Assembly: GCA_965204725.1 (NCBI GenBank) | Contig: OZ242005.1 | Location: 5,152,001-5,216,000, forward strand | DNA length: 64,000 nt | Direction of reading: 5' to 3' | Source: Candidatus Latescibacterota bacterium | GTDB taxonomy: Bacteria; Latescibacterota; UBA2968; UBA8231 | Shown here: positions 29,752-38,732 of the stretch, piece after piece | Layout: each line of letters begins with the position of its first letter | Position numbering within the stretch: position 1 is the stretch's first letter | Position numbers and translations under genes: made by a program | Notes under the pieces: model-generated | Database searches by the model: none | Seen by the model: the letters and a program-made list of their open reading frames with translations, nothing else | Told to the model about the DNA's origin: nothing

Positions 29752-31101
29752 ATGCGCTTTATCTTGCTACTCTTTCTGTTGGGAGTTGGCTCTGCGGCTG
29801 GCGACGCCAGCGAGCCGGTTCCCTCGCCGCCCTACTGGACGGGTCGGATCGAACAGGACACGACGTGGCGCGACACGGTATATGTCGGCGGCGACGTGAC
29901 GATTGCAGCAGCGGCGACCCTGACGCTGGCTCCCAATACGCAGGTTCTCTTTCTGCCCTACCACGATGCGACCCGAAGCGGCTTGGACTCGACCCGTGCG
30001 GAACTGACCGTCGAAGGGCGGCTGGCGGCGCAAGCAGGCGGCATCGTCTTTCGTTCAGCGGATGCGGGTTCGTTGGGAGCCGATTGGCATGGCCTTGTCG
30101 TCGAGCGAGGTGGGCGAGCGGACGTATCCAACGCTGCGATACGCGATGGCTTGCGCTGTCTGTATGCCAAGCGGGGTGGGCGCGTCAGGATGGACGCTAT
30201 CGCCTTTGCCAACTGCGGCAAGCCGACCGCACCAGCGGATGCGGCCAAGCTGGCGACGCCGGCGGGAACATGGCGAAAAGAAGAGCTTGGGCTGTTCCAT
30301 CCACGCGAAACAAAAATCACACCCCCGATGAACCAACCATTCGAGAGACAAGAGATCACGATTCATATCAGTGGAGAGCACAAGGCGGTGATTTCGGCTT
30401 TGTCGGCGGCTGTTGACGAGGAGACGACGGTTACGGGGATCGCCGAGTTGGATTCTCTTGCTGCCATCTATGGCCTGATGGGGATATATCGTACGGGTCG
30501 ATCCTCTAACGTTGATGATGGGTCTCGGTTTCGGCTGACGTTTCCGCCGGGTGCGGAGGTGGCCGCCATTGCCGAAGCCTATTTGAACCTATCTTATATA
30601 CAATCGGTAGGGAACGAGAGGCACCGCCCTTTTGACATAGAAAACAGGGGACTACGATTACTCACAAAGGTGGCCGCTGGGACTGCTTCGGGGGCCGCTC
30701 TTACAGCCATGACCACGAGTGCTCTGGGCGCAATAGATGAACCATCTGACGACCATAACAATAATCCTTATGGAGGATTAGACTTTTTCATATTTGGCGC
30801 AGCCATCGGCAGTACGGTCGGATTCCCAATTGGTGTGAGCTTAGTTGATCCTTACGATTCTTTCGTCGCGACACTCATGGGCGGTGTTATGACTGGAGGG
30901 GGTGGTTTAGCCTTGGTAGGAGCTGGGAGGGGCTCATGGCTCTCGGTTATAGGGGGAGCGGTGGCCTTATGCGGCCCTTTTATTGGTTCACTCAGTGCGT
31001 CAGAGAAGTCGCGCCAGCCTCCTCAAGACCGCCGGATCTCCTTCGCTTTATCCCCGACCCTCAACGGCGGCCTCTCCGCCGTTACCACGTTGCGCTTTTG
31101 A
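29752..31101 (+). CDS. Array paralogue 5 with an extra N-terminal beta-helix-like segment
   Basis: GRIEQDTTW..GDVTI..LTLAPNTQV..LTVEGRL..DWHGL, then the shared domain and type A module. Confidence 0.75.
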   Translation: MRFILLLFLLGVGSAAGDASEPVPSPPYWTGRIEQDTTWRDTVYVGGDVTIAAAATLTLAPNTQVLFLPYHDATRSGLDSTRAELTVEGRLAAQAGGIVFRSADAGSLGADWHGLVVERGGRADVSNAAIRDGLRCLYAKRGGRVRMDAIAFANCGKPTAPADAAKLATPAGTWRKEELGLFHPRETKITPPMNQPFERQEITIHISGEHKAVISALSAAVDEETTVTGIAELDSLAAIYGLMGIYRTGRSSNVDDGSRFRLTFPPGAEVAAIAEAYLNLSYIQSVGNERHRPFDIENRGLRLLTKVAAGTASGAALTAMTTSALGAIDEPSDDHNNNPYGGLDFFIFGAAIGSTVGFPIGVSLVDPYDSFVATLMGGVMTGGGGLALVGAGRGSWLSVIGGAVALCGPFIGSLSASEKSRQPPQDRRISFALSPTLNGGLSAVTTLRF

Positions 31102-31177
31102 CCCTGCAACAAGAAGAAAGGCCCCGCCCCATGTTCCTTCGGCTCTGTCGGCGGCGGTTGACGCGGAGACGATAGGT

Positions 31178-31203
31178 GGCCCTTTGCCGGAGGGCTTTTT
31201 TTA
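31178..31203 (+). terminator. Intrinsic terminator
   Basis: GCCCT-TTGCCGG-AGGGC followed by a T-run. Confidence 0.65.
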
Positions 31204-31266
31204 GCATATTAAGGAGCATGGTGCGGCTCCTGCTTATACCACTGTCCAGCTTGGGAGGCGTCAAAA

Positions 31267-31809
31267 ATGGACTGGAATAATCCTCTTATCTACATAGTTC
31301 CCGGACTAGCTGTCCTTGGATGGATCATCCGTTTGGAAAGATGGATGGGTAAGAAAGACGAGTCTATACGCCTCATAGAAGAGAATATCGTGAAATTAGA
31401 AGCAGCTATCCGTGAAATAAGGACGGATATTAAGGAATTGTTCAGAAATGGCCCTGGGGCGGTTACTGCACAAAATAGCCCGCTCCGCTTAACTGAGCGG
31501 GGAGAGGCTATCTCTGAGGTGTTGGGAGCAAAGGCGTGGGCAACGCGGACGGCGCAGGACGTATCACCTAAGCTGAAGGGGAGCCACCCCTATGATATTC
31601 AAATGTTCTGTATGGACTACGTGGACCAAACTTCCAATTTTACCCGCGAGTTTATTGACCAGATTAAGACGTACTCGTATGAGAAAGCTGTGCCGATGAG
31701 CCAAATTAAGGACGTGATGGCGGTAGAATTGCGCGATGCGATCCTGACAGCTATTGCCCGATTAAAGCCGGATGAAGCGTCAGCGTCCCGCCGATATGAA
31801 CCAACTTAG
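31267..31809 (+). CDS. Hypothetical membrane-anchored coiled-coil protein (AT-richer)
   Basis: N-terminal TM, coiled coil, SPLRLTERGE motif; GGAGG SD. Confidence 0.65.
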   Translation: MDWNNPLIYIVPGLAVLGWIIRLERWMGKKDESIRLIEENIVKLEAAIREIRTDIKELFRNGPGAVTAQNSPLRLTERGEAISEVLGAKAWATRTAQDVSPKLKGSHPYDIQMFCMDYVDQTSNFTREFIDQIKTYSYEKAVPMSQIKDVMAVELRDAILTAIARLKPDEASASRRYEPT

Positions 31810-31824
31810 GTAAAATCCCCTACC

Positions 31825-32880
31825 ATGATACCCCATAGGCTGCCTATCATCGTCTGGTTCGTCTTGGTCTTGCTGGCGGGTCGTGCGGTAGATGGGAAGG
31901 CAGAGACGCTGCCGAGAAATACGGCTCAAGCCATCGACCATACCTACGACACGCGCCTGTACTGGATGGGTCAGATCGAGCAGGACACGACGTGGCGCGA
32001 CACCGCGCCAGCGGATGCGGCCAAGCCGGCGACGCCGGCGGGAACGGAGCGAAAAGAAGACCTTGAACTGTCCCAGCAACGCGAAACAAAAATCACACCC
32101 CCGATGAACCAACCATTTGAGATACAAGAGATCACGATTTATGGCGGGCACAAGGAGGTGGTTTTGGTGCTGTTAGAGGCGGTTGACGAAGGGACGCCGG
32201 TTACCGGAATCGCCGGGTTGGATTCTCTGGCTGCCACCTATGGCTTGATTGGGATATATCGTACGGGTCGAAGGTCCTCTGGTCTTTATGGATACCGTTT
32301 TGGGCTGACGTTTCCGCCGGGTGCGGATGTGGCCGCCATTGCCAAAGCATATAGGAACCTATCCTACATACAATCTATCAAATCGGGGGACTCCTTAACG
32401 ATGAAAGGGATGCGTCCTTCTTTCAATATAGAAAACGGGGGACTACGGTTACTCGCAAAGGTGGCCGCTGGGACTGGTTCGGGGATGGCTGTTACAGCCC
32501 TAGCCGTGGGTGTTCTGGACCAGATATATGATCCTCTAAGTGACCCTGACGCTAACGCTGATAGAGGATTGGGCTTTCTTTTGGCTGGTGCAGCCATCGG
32601 CTGTAGTGTCGGATTCCCGTTCGGTGTGAGCTCAATCGATCCTTATGATTCTTTACCCAAGACGCTACTCGCCGGTGTTATACCGGGAGCGGTCGGCTTT
32701 TCCGCTTTGCTACAAGCAGACGTGGGCATAGGGTTCTTGTTTGCGTACGTCGTCCCTGTTATTAGTTCACCTATTATGTCTGAACTATCGCGCCAGCTTC
32801 CTCAAGACCGCCGGATCTCCTTCGCTTTATCCCCGACCCTCAACGGCGGCCTCTCCGCCGTTACCATGTTGCGCTTTTGA
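31825..32880 (+). CDS. Array paralogue 6 (internal deletion relative to paralogue 5)
   Basis: EQDTTWRDT joined directly to APADAAK; type A module ending AVTMLRF. Confidence 0.75.
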   Translation: MIPHRLPIIVWFVLVLLAGRAVDGKAETLPRNTAQAIDHTYDTRLYWMGQIEQDTTWRDTAPADAAKPATPAGTERKEDLELSQQRETKITPPMNQPFEIQEITIYGGHKEVVLVLLEAVDEGTPVTGIAGLDSLAATYGLIGIYRTGRRSSGLYGYRFGLTFPPGADVAAIAKAYRNLSYIQSIKSGDSLTMKGMRPSFNIENGGLRLLAKVAAGTGSGMAVTALAVGVLDQIYDPLSDPDANADRGLGFLLAGAAIGCSVGFPFGVSSIDPYDSLPKTLLAGVIPGAVGFSALLQADVGIGFLFAYVVPVISSPIMSELSRQLPQDRRISFALSPTLNGGLSAVTMLRF

Positions 32881-32998
32881 CCTTGCAACAAGAGAAAGCT
32901 CCCCTATGTCCATCCTTAATGTCTCTATTTACATGGAAAAACTGGACAACTAACGCGATGGGGATGCAAATGACGCCTTTCGTCAGGAGGATTGTCTA

Positions 32999-33919
32999 AT
33001 GCGATCGTTCGTTTTTTATGTTATTGGCTTATTGGGAAGTGTCGTTATCGCTCCGGCCGTCTGTCTAGCCGAAGATTCCAACCGGTTTTCTTTCCCGCTT
33101 CCCTTGTCTCTGGCAGTTGGCGACCATTGGACCTATTCCATTGTGAAAACCCATTTGAGGTATGAAGATGATTTGAAGTTTGTAGGTAGGATCCTTGATA
33201 CGCTATCCACTGAAACTCTGACCATTCGTGTGGTAGAGTCCCTTCAGATAGAGGATCGGACCTATTTTGCGTTGAGTGACGGAGGCTTATACCGCGTAGA
33301 TGAGGAAAAGAGAACTTGGCGGTATGATACTGAGGCTGAGAGCGAGAAGGTCGTCTGGGATATATGGGGACCACTGGAATACAAAACCATCGAGTTTCCC
33401 CTTCCCGGATTGAGTCAGCTAGAACCCGCTATAGAAAGACCAGTGATCGATGAATATGCATGCGAGTACGCATGTTTTTCAAGACATGGCCCATTTGTAT
33501 GGCGCCCAGATCCTGAGTATGAGGAGGGCTATGCTTGGATTTCTACTATTGAGGTAGGTACCGTTCGACACGATTCCTATCTCGGGTACTTTATTTATGT
33601 GCCCTTTGTATGGAGTTATGACGACCTCATCAAGCTCCCAGACTGGGGTATAACCGAACTTTATGTGTTTCAGGACACACCGTATGGGACTGAGTACGTA
33701 CCGAAGGAGACTCTTGTTGTAGCACCCAACGTTGGTGTCGTTTATCATGCGTCTTTCAGCTATACCTATAATTTGACCCTTTCCCCTTCAGAGACAAAAA
33801 AAACGGAATGGGTCTTACAGGACATGCAGAAAGGCCATCCAGAAAGTACTGTTGTAGAGGATATATCCTTTGGTGCGCTAAAGCAGCGGATGACACGATC
33901 CACCTCAAAGGCTCCGTGA
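32999..33919 (+). CDS. Secreted hypothetical protein
   Basis: Signal peptide; PLSLAVGDHWTY; C-terminal ISFGALK; AT-richer than the backbone. Confidence 0.65.
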   Translation: MRSFVFYVIGLLGSVVIAPAVCLAEDSNRFSFPLPLSLAVGDHWTYSIVKTHLRYEDDLKFVGRILDTLSTETLTIRVVESLQIEDRTYFALSDGGLYRVDEEKRTWRYDTEAESEKVVWDIWGPLEYKTIEFPLPGLSQLEPAIERPVIDEYACEYACFSRHGPFVWRPDPEYEEGYAWISTIEVGTVRHDSYLGYFIYVPFVWSYDDLIKLPDWGITELYVFQDTPYGTEYVPKETLVVAPNVGVVYHASFSYTYNLTLSPSETKKTEWVLQDMQKGHPESTVVEDISFGALKQRMTRSTSKAP

Positions 33920-34354
33920 GTTCCTCCATAAGCAATCGCCGTAGGACTGCCTGCTTTAGCTGGCCGGTGGATAGGCGCGTCCCCGTGTTCAACCACGGGG
34001 AGGCTTTGAGCGAAAGGCGGACATTTCGTATGCTTTCCCTTGCCGTGTCGCTCTTTGACAAGAGAAGAGGTAGGCGGTTCCAACCCCGAATCGCCGCAGG
34101 CGGGTTCAACGCTGATGGCGACCGGACCCGCCGATTACGGGCCTGCGGTGGCGGTGGTTCACCCGCCGCTTCCCGGCCTCGCCACGCAAGCCATGATCCC
34201 AGCACCCCCTGAGCATCTGCAATCTGTCCGGGCAGCGGTGCTCGCGAAGGCAGAATCCCTGCGGGCCGGATCGCGTCCCGTGGTGTGGGTGGTATGCCGC
34301 TGGCGTCTGAGTTATATTTATACCGCCCAAGCAAAAAGCGGAGGTCCATAGCGA

Positions 34355-36769
34355 ATGCTCGGAAGAAAAAATAGAAACCCGAACCAAGAGATCGAAGAGT
34401 ATCGGGATTTAATGCAGGTCCCGGACCGCTTTGAGAACGGCTTTACGATCAAGGCCGTCCTCGGCGTCCTCTTCGTCTCCTTTATCATGGTGCCGGGCAA
34501 TATGTACCTGAGCCTGATGATCGGCGGCTCTTTGGGGGCGGCAGCCGAGTGGGTGACCATCATCCTCTTCGCCGAAATCACCAAGCGCTCCTTTTCCTCC
34601 CTGCGCCGCCAAGAAGTCTATGTGCTGTTCTACGTGGCCGCCTCCCTGATCGCCGCCGAGACCGGCGCCTTTGAGGGCTTGCTCTACAACCAGTACTTGG
34701 TGCAATCGCCAGCCGCCAAGCAGTTCGGCATCACCAAGCTGATTCCCACGTGGGTGGCACCGCAGCCCGACTCCCTCGCCATCATCGAGCGCACCTTCCT
34801 GCACTCGGATTGGGCGATGCCCATCGTCCTCCTCGTCTTGGGGATGATCATCTCGCGCGTCAACTGGTTCACCATGTCATACGCGCTCTTCCGGCTTAGC
34901 TCCGACTACGAGCGCCTGCCCTTCCCCTTCGCGCCCGTCAACGCGCAAGGCGCTACGGCACTGGCCGAGACCACCCAAGGAGTTGAGACGTGGCGCTGGC
35001 GAGTGTTCTCGGCCGGGGCGATGATTGGCTTGGTCTTTGGCACGATCTACGTGGCCCTGCCGGCCATTACCGGCGCACTGCTGACCGAGCCGATCCAACT
35101 CATCCCCATCCCCTTTGTTGATTTCACCCAAGTCACCGGCAACTTCATCCCCGCTACGCCGCTCGGATTTACCGCCCACTTGGGGCCGATCTTCACCGGG
35201 CTGGTGGTGCCGTTCTGGGGCGTGGTCGGCACCTTTATCGGCGTGGTCGTCGCCTCGATTGCCAATCCGCTGCTCTATACTTGGACGCCGCCGTGGCGCG
35301 AGGAGCCGTACCTGAACTTGTGGCAGCAAGGCATGGGCACGGTCGAGACCTTCTTCGTCAACAACGTCGATTTCTGGATGAGCTTTGGCATTGGCACCAC
35401 CGTCGCCATCGCCATCATCGGCATCTATCAGGTCATTCAGAGCATCCGCGGGGCGAGGGCCAACGCCAGTGACGACAGCCCCCGCAGCTTTGCCACCCCC
35501 GCCGGCCGCGGCGATTTCCCAATATGGCTGGCACTGGCGCTATACGCCTTGGCCACGGCCGGCCTAATCGGCATCGCCGCTTGGCTGCTGCCGGGCATTG
35601 CCCAATTTATATGGTTCTTCCTCTTTTTTGGCTTCGTCTTCACGCCCTTTCAGTCCTTTGTCAACGCCCGCCTAGTCGGGATGGTCGGGCAGACGGTGGA
35701 TATTCCCTTTGTGCGCGAGGCGACGATCATCCTCTCAGGGTATCGCGGCGTTGACATCTGGTTCATTCCGTTTCCCTTGGGCAACTACGGCGCCCAGACC
35801 ATGAAGTTCCGCGAAATTGAGCTGACCGGCACTCAGTTCACCAGCATCATCCGCGCCGAGGTGTTCATGGTGCCCATCGTGCTCTTCACCAGCTTTCTCT
35901 ACGGCTCCTATATATGGAAACTGGCGCCAATTCCGTCGGCCTCCTACCCCTATGCCCAGCTAATCTGGCGGCTGCGCGCCTACCAGCAATGCCTCTTTAT
36001 CACCGGCACCATGCGCAGCGAACTGGCCATAGACAAGGACCGGGCGGGATGGACGCCGGCCAACCTAATCGAGAACGAGTGGTGGTACTGGCGAGTGCGG
36101 CTGGTGGATCAGGAGTGGCTGGACTCCAACGGCAAGCGCGGCCAAGTCGGCCCGTGGATGCCGACCCAAGTGTTCTACTCGTACTTCGATCCGGGAGCAC
36201 CCGACATTGTTTCCGAGCGCTACCTGCGCGACGCGCAGCAAGCCGAAGAGGAAATTGTCGCGGGCCTGCCGGCCATTGCCCCGCTGGGGCCGGCCATGGA
36301 CACCATCATCCGCGACCCCCGCCCGACCCTCGAAGTGCAGGTCGAGCGAGCCGTGCCGGCGGGATGGTCTTTTTACTTTGAGGTCGATACCGATCCGCTC
36401 TTTACCAGCTCTTGGATCCAGCGATCCACCGACGTGCCTTGGCTCTTTAGGGCGCTGAAAACCGAGGTCATCGCCTTTGGGGCCGGCTTCGGGCTGGTGA
36501 GCTTTGTTCTGCTGTCCATTCTCGGGCTGCCGATCTTGCTGATCTTTGGCTTCGTGCGCTCGCTGACGTCGCTGCCGCATTTCGTGGTGACCGAGATCAT
36601 CGGCGCATTCTTGGCCCGCTACTACTTCTGGAACAAGTACGGGCGGCAAGAGTGGCGGCAGTTTGCCCCCATTCTGGCGGTGGGCTTTTCCTGCGGCATG
36701 GCGTTGATGGGCATGGCGTCGGTGGGGATCGCCCTGATCCAGAAATCGGTCTCCGTGCTGATTTTCTAG
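34355..36769 (+). CDS. OPT-like peptide transporter with a soluble insertion
   Basis: Many TM segments; AAEWVTIILF, ERLPFPFAPV; soluble insert around 36010-36440. Confidence 0.72.
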   Translation: MLGRKNRNPNQEIEEYRDLMQVPDRFENGFTIKAVLGVLFVSFIMVPGNMYLSLMIGGSLGAAAEWVTIILFAEITKRSFSSLRRQEVYVLFYVAASLIAAETGAFEGLLYNQYLVQSPAAKQFGITKLIPTWVAPQPDSLAIIERTFLHSDWAMPIVLLVLGMIISRVNWFTMSYALFRLSSDYERLPFPFAPVNAQGATALAETTQGVETWRWRVFSAGAMIGLVFGTIYVALPAITGALLTEPIQLIPIPFVDFTQVTGNFIPATPLGFTAHLGPIFTGLVVPFWGVVGTFIGVVVASIANPLLYTWTPPWREEPYLNLWQQGMGTVETFFVNNVDFWMSFGIGTTVAIAIIGIYQVIQSIRGARANASDDSPRSFATPAGRGDFPIWLALALYALATAGLIGIAAWLLPGIAQFIWFFLFFGFVFTPFQSFVNARLVGMVGQTVDIPFVREATIILSGYRGVDIWFIPFPLGNYGAQTMKFREIELTGTQFTSIIRAEVFMVPIVLFTSFLYGSYIWKLAPIPSASYPYAQLIWRLRAYQQCLFITGTMRSELAIDKDRAGWTPANLIENEWWYWRVRLVDQEWLDSNGKRGQVGPWMPTQVFYSYFDPGAPDIVSERYLRDAQQAEEEIVAGLPAIAPLGPAMDTIIRDPRPTLEVQVERAVPAGWSFYFEVDTDPLFTSSWIQRSTDVPWLFRALKTEVIAFGAGFGLVSFVLLSILGLPILLIFGFVRSLTSLPHFVVTEIIGAFLARYYFWNKYGRQEWRQFAPILAVGFSCGMALMGMASVGIALIQKSVSVLIF

Positions 36770-36770
36770 C

Positions 36771-37763
36771 ATGAGCGATTGGGTGGATTTCGCGTGGCAG
36801 GGGCTGCGGTTGTCCGTGCCCGACGACTGGAACCTCGGCCGGGTTGACGGGGATTTTGAAAAGGGCTATGCCCGCCTCGACGACGCCGAGATCGTGCGCG
36901 CCGAGATTGAATGGCGGCGTCTCAGAGGCCGCGGCGAGGCCCTGCGCCTGACCGAGCTGGTCGATCGCTACTTGGCCAACCTGCAAAAGAAGGCCCAAAA
37001 GGCCGATGCTCCCTTTGAGGTTGAGCGCCGCGCCCGATTCCTCAAAAACAAGAAGTTCCTCCAAGGCCGCGAATACGAGGTCTTTATATGGGAGGCCGAT
37101 TTCCGGGCGTACAACCTCGCGCTCGCCTTGGGGTCTGGGCGGGTTGTGCTCCTGCGGGTGTTGGCCCGGCTCGATGAGTTTTTGCCCGAGCAAGCCGAGG
37201 CCGTGTTCAGCTCACTCGCCGACCAAGAAGCCGAGGCCGCTCACCTGTGGAGCGTGTACGGCTTGCGGTTTTTCGCGCCCAGCGACCTCAAGCTCCAAAG
37301 CCATTCCCTCAAGTCGGGGCACCTCCAGCTAGAGTTTACCCGCGGCAAACAGACGCTGCGGGTCCATCGGCTGAGCATGGCCCGAATCATGCTCAAAGGC
37401 GCGGCCATCCAAGACTGGTACCCGGTCTTTTTTAAGAAGCCGTTGCGCGACTTGGTGGTGGATGTTGTGCCAGAAGCCGTGCGAGAATGCGAGGGCATTC
37501 GCATTGAGGGGCGGCCGCGCAGCCGCTGGCGTCAGTTGCTGCGCCCCCTGCCCTTTATGAACCCGAGGCCGCGCCTGTATATGCGAGGGCGCGTCTGGCG
37601 CGATACCGGCCTCGACAAAATCGCAATCGTTGAGCACCTCTATCGCAAGAAAGACTCAGAAGACGATCTCGTCGCCAAGGTAGTAGATGGGCATTTTATC
37701 GAAAAACAAGGGACCCAAGCTGAGCCGGGCCGCCATGCTGGCGTCGCGGCCAACGCGCAATGA
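36771..37763 (+). CDS. Hypothetical soluble protein
   Basis: Starts 1 nt after the transporter stop; FAWQGLRLSVPDDW and WSVYGLRFFAP repeat-like motifs. Confidence 0.7.
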   Translation: MSDWVDFAWQGLRLSVPDDWNLGRVDGDFEKGYARLDDAEIVRAEIEWRRLRGRGEALRLTELVDRYLANLQKKAQKADAPFEVERRARFLKNKKFLQGREYEVFIWEADFRAYNLALALGSGRVVLLRVLARLDEFLPEQAEAVFSSLADQEAEAAHLWSVYGLRFFAPSDLKLQSHSLKSGHLQLEFTRGKQTLRVHRLSMARIMLKGAAIQDWYPVFFKKPLRDLVVDVVPEAVRECEGIRIEGRPRSRWRQLLRPLPFMNPRPRLYMRGRVWRDTGLDKIAIVEHLYRKKDSEDDLVAKVVDGHFIEKQGTQAEPGRHAGVAANAQ

Positions 37764-38118
37764 ATCCCTGCGCTGGGAGCACAACGACACCGGCGAAATC
37801 CAAGTCTTTATAACACGCCAAGATACTTGGAAGGTCAGGCTGCTGTCCAAGTTTTTCTACATCCCCAAACAGCGCAAAATCACCCTCGACGAAGTAGGCA
37901 GCGAGGTCTGGCGGATGTGCAACGGCCGCAATTCGGTTGGCAGGATGATCGACCTGCTCAGCGACCAGTACCAACTCAACCGCAAGGAGGCCGAAGTCTC
38001 CCTGCTCCAATACTTGAAGACCCTTGGGCAGAAGCGCTTTATCGGCTTTGTGCTAGAGGGCGACGAAAGGCCGCCCGACCGCGGCGCGGCCAGCGGAAAA
38101 AAATGGCAAAAGAAATAA
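37687..38118 (+). CDS. PqqD-family (RRE-like) protein
   Basis: ITLDEVGSEVWRMCNGRNSVGRMIDLL..EAEVSLLQYLKTLGQKRFI. Confidence 0.78.
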   Translation: MGILSKNKGPKLSRAAMLASRPTRNESLRWEHNDTGEIQVFITRQDTWKVRLLSKFFYIPKQRKITLDEVGSEVWRMCNGRNSVGRMIDLLSDQYQLNRKEAEVSLLQYLKTLGQKRFIGFVLEGDERPPDRGAASGKKWQKK

Positions 38119-38723
38119 GCAGGGGCGGGCGATTGGCTCGTCCCTGTTTTCGTCTGCACCCGCACCGGGCCGCCCGCTTCCTCTCGCACGTGCTCAATCC
38201 CGCGCTGTTGGCGCTGTTGGTATTCGGCGTTCAAGCGCACGGGCAGGACGCTTGGCTCGCCGGCGCGGTGGCGATCGGGGCCTTCTCCTTAATACCCGGG
38301 TTGCTACTGTGGCGCTTGGTGCGGTCGGGCTATCTCGACCAAGCCTATACCGACGACCGCCCCAAACGCGCTACCCTGCTCTTGTTGGGCGCGCTGTGCT
38401 ATGCTTTGGGGACGGCCGCCCTCTACGGCATTGACGCTCCGCCGCTGATGCGGGTCACGGCCGCGGCTGGTGTGGTCAGTACGCTCTTGGTCTGGTGGAT
38501 CAATCGCTCCTACAAGATCAGCATTCACGCGGCTGGTATTGGGGGGGCAACCTGCGTATTGTTGCTCAGCACTGGCGGCGCGGCGTGGCCCTGCTTGTTG
38601 AGTTGGCCGGCCGTCGCTTGGGCGCGGCTTTACTTGCGGGCGCATACGCCCATGCAGCTCGGGGCGGGCGGTGCGCTGGGCGCGGGGAGCATGGCCCTGT
38701 TGTACAGTGCTTTCATACCGTGA
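38103..38723 (+). CDS. PAP2-like membrane protein
   Basis: About 6 TM segments; KISIHAAG and VAWARLYLRAHTPMQL motifs; start uncertain. Confidence 0.6.
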   Translation: MAKEISRGGRLARPCFRLHPHRAARFLSHVLNPALLALLVFGVQAHGQDAWLAGAVAIGAFSLIPGLLLWRLVRSGYLDQAYTDDRPKRATLLLLGALCYALGTAALYGIDAPPLMRVTAAAGVVSTLLVWWINRSYKISIHAAGIGGATCVLLLSTGGAAWPCLLSWPAVAWARLYLRAHTPMQLGAGGALGAGSMALLYSAFIP

Positions 38724-38732
38724 GCGCGGCCG

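Noticed and set aside
25566-32880. Array as a DGR target set, integron or CRISPR array
   Set aside because: No reverse transcriptase, integrase or cas gene in the window; differences are not adenine-specific; no attC cores or repeat-spacer periodicity seen.
37687-38118. PqqD as evidence of a PQQ or RiPP cluster
   Set aside because: No pqqABCE, radical SAM enzyme or convincing precursor peptide nearby.
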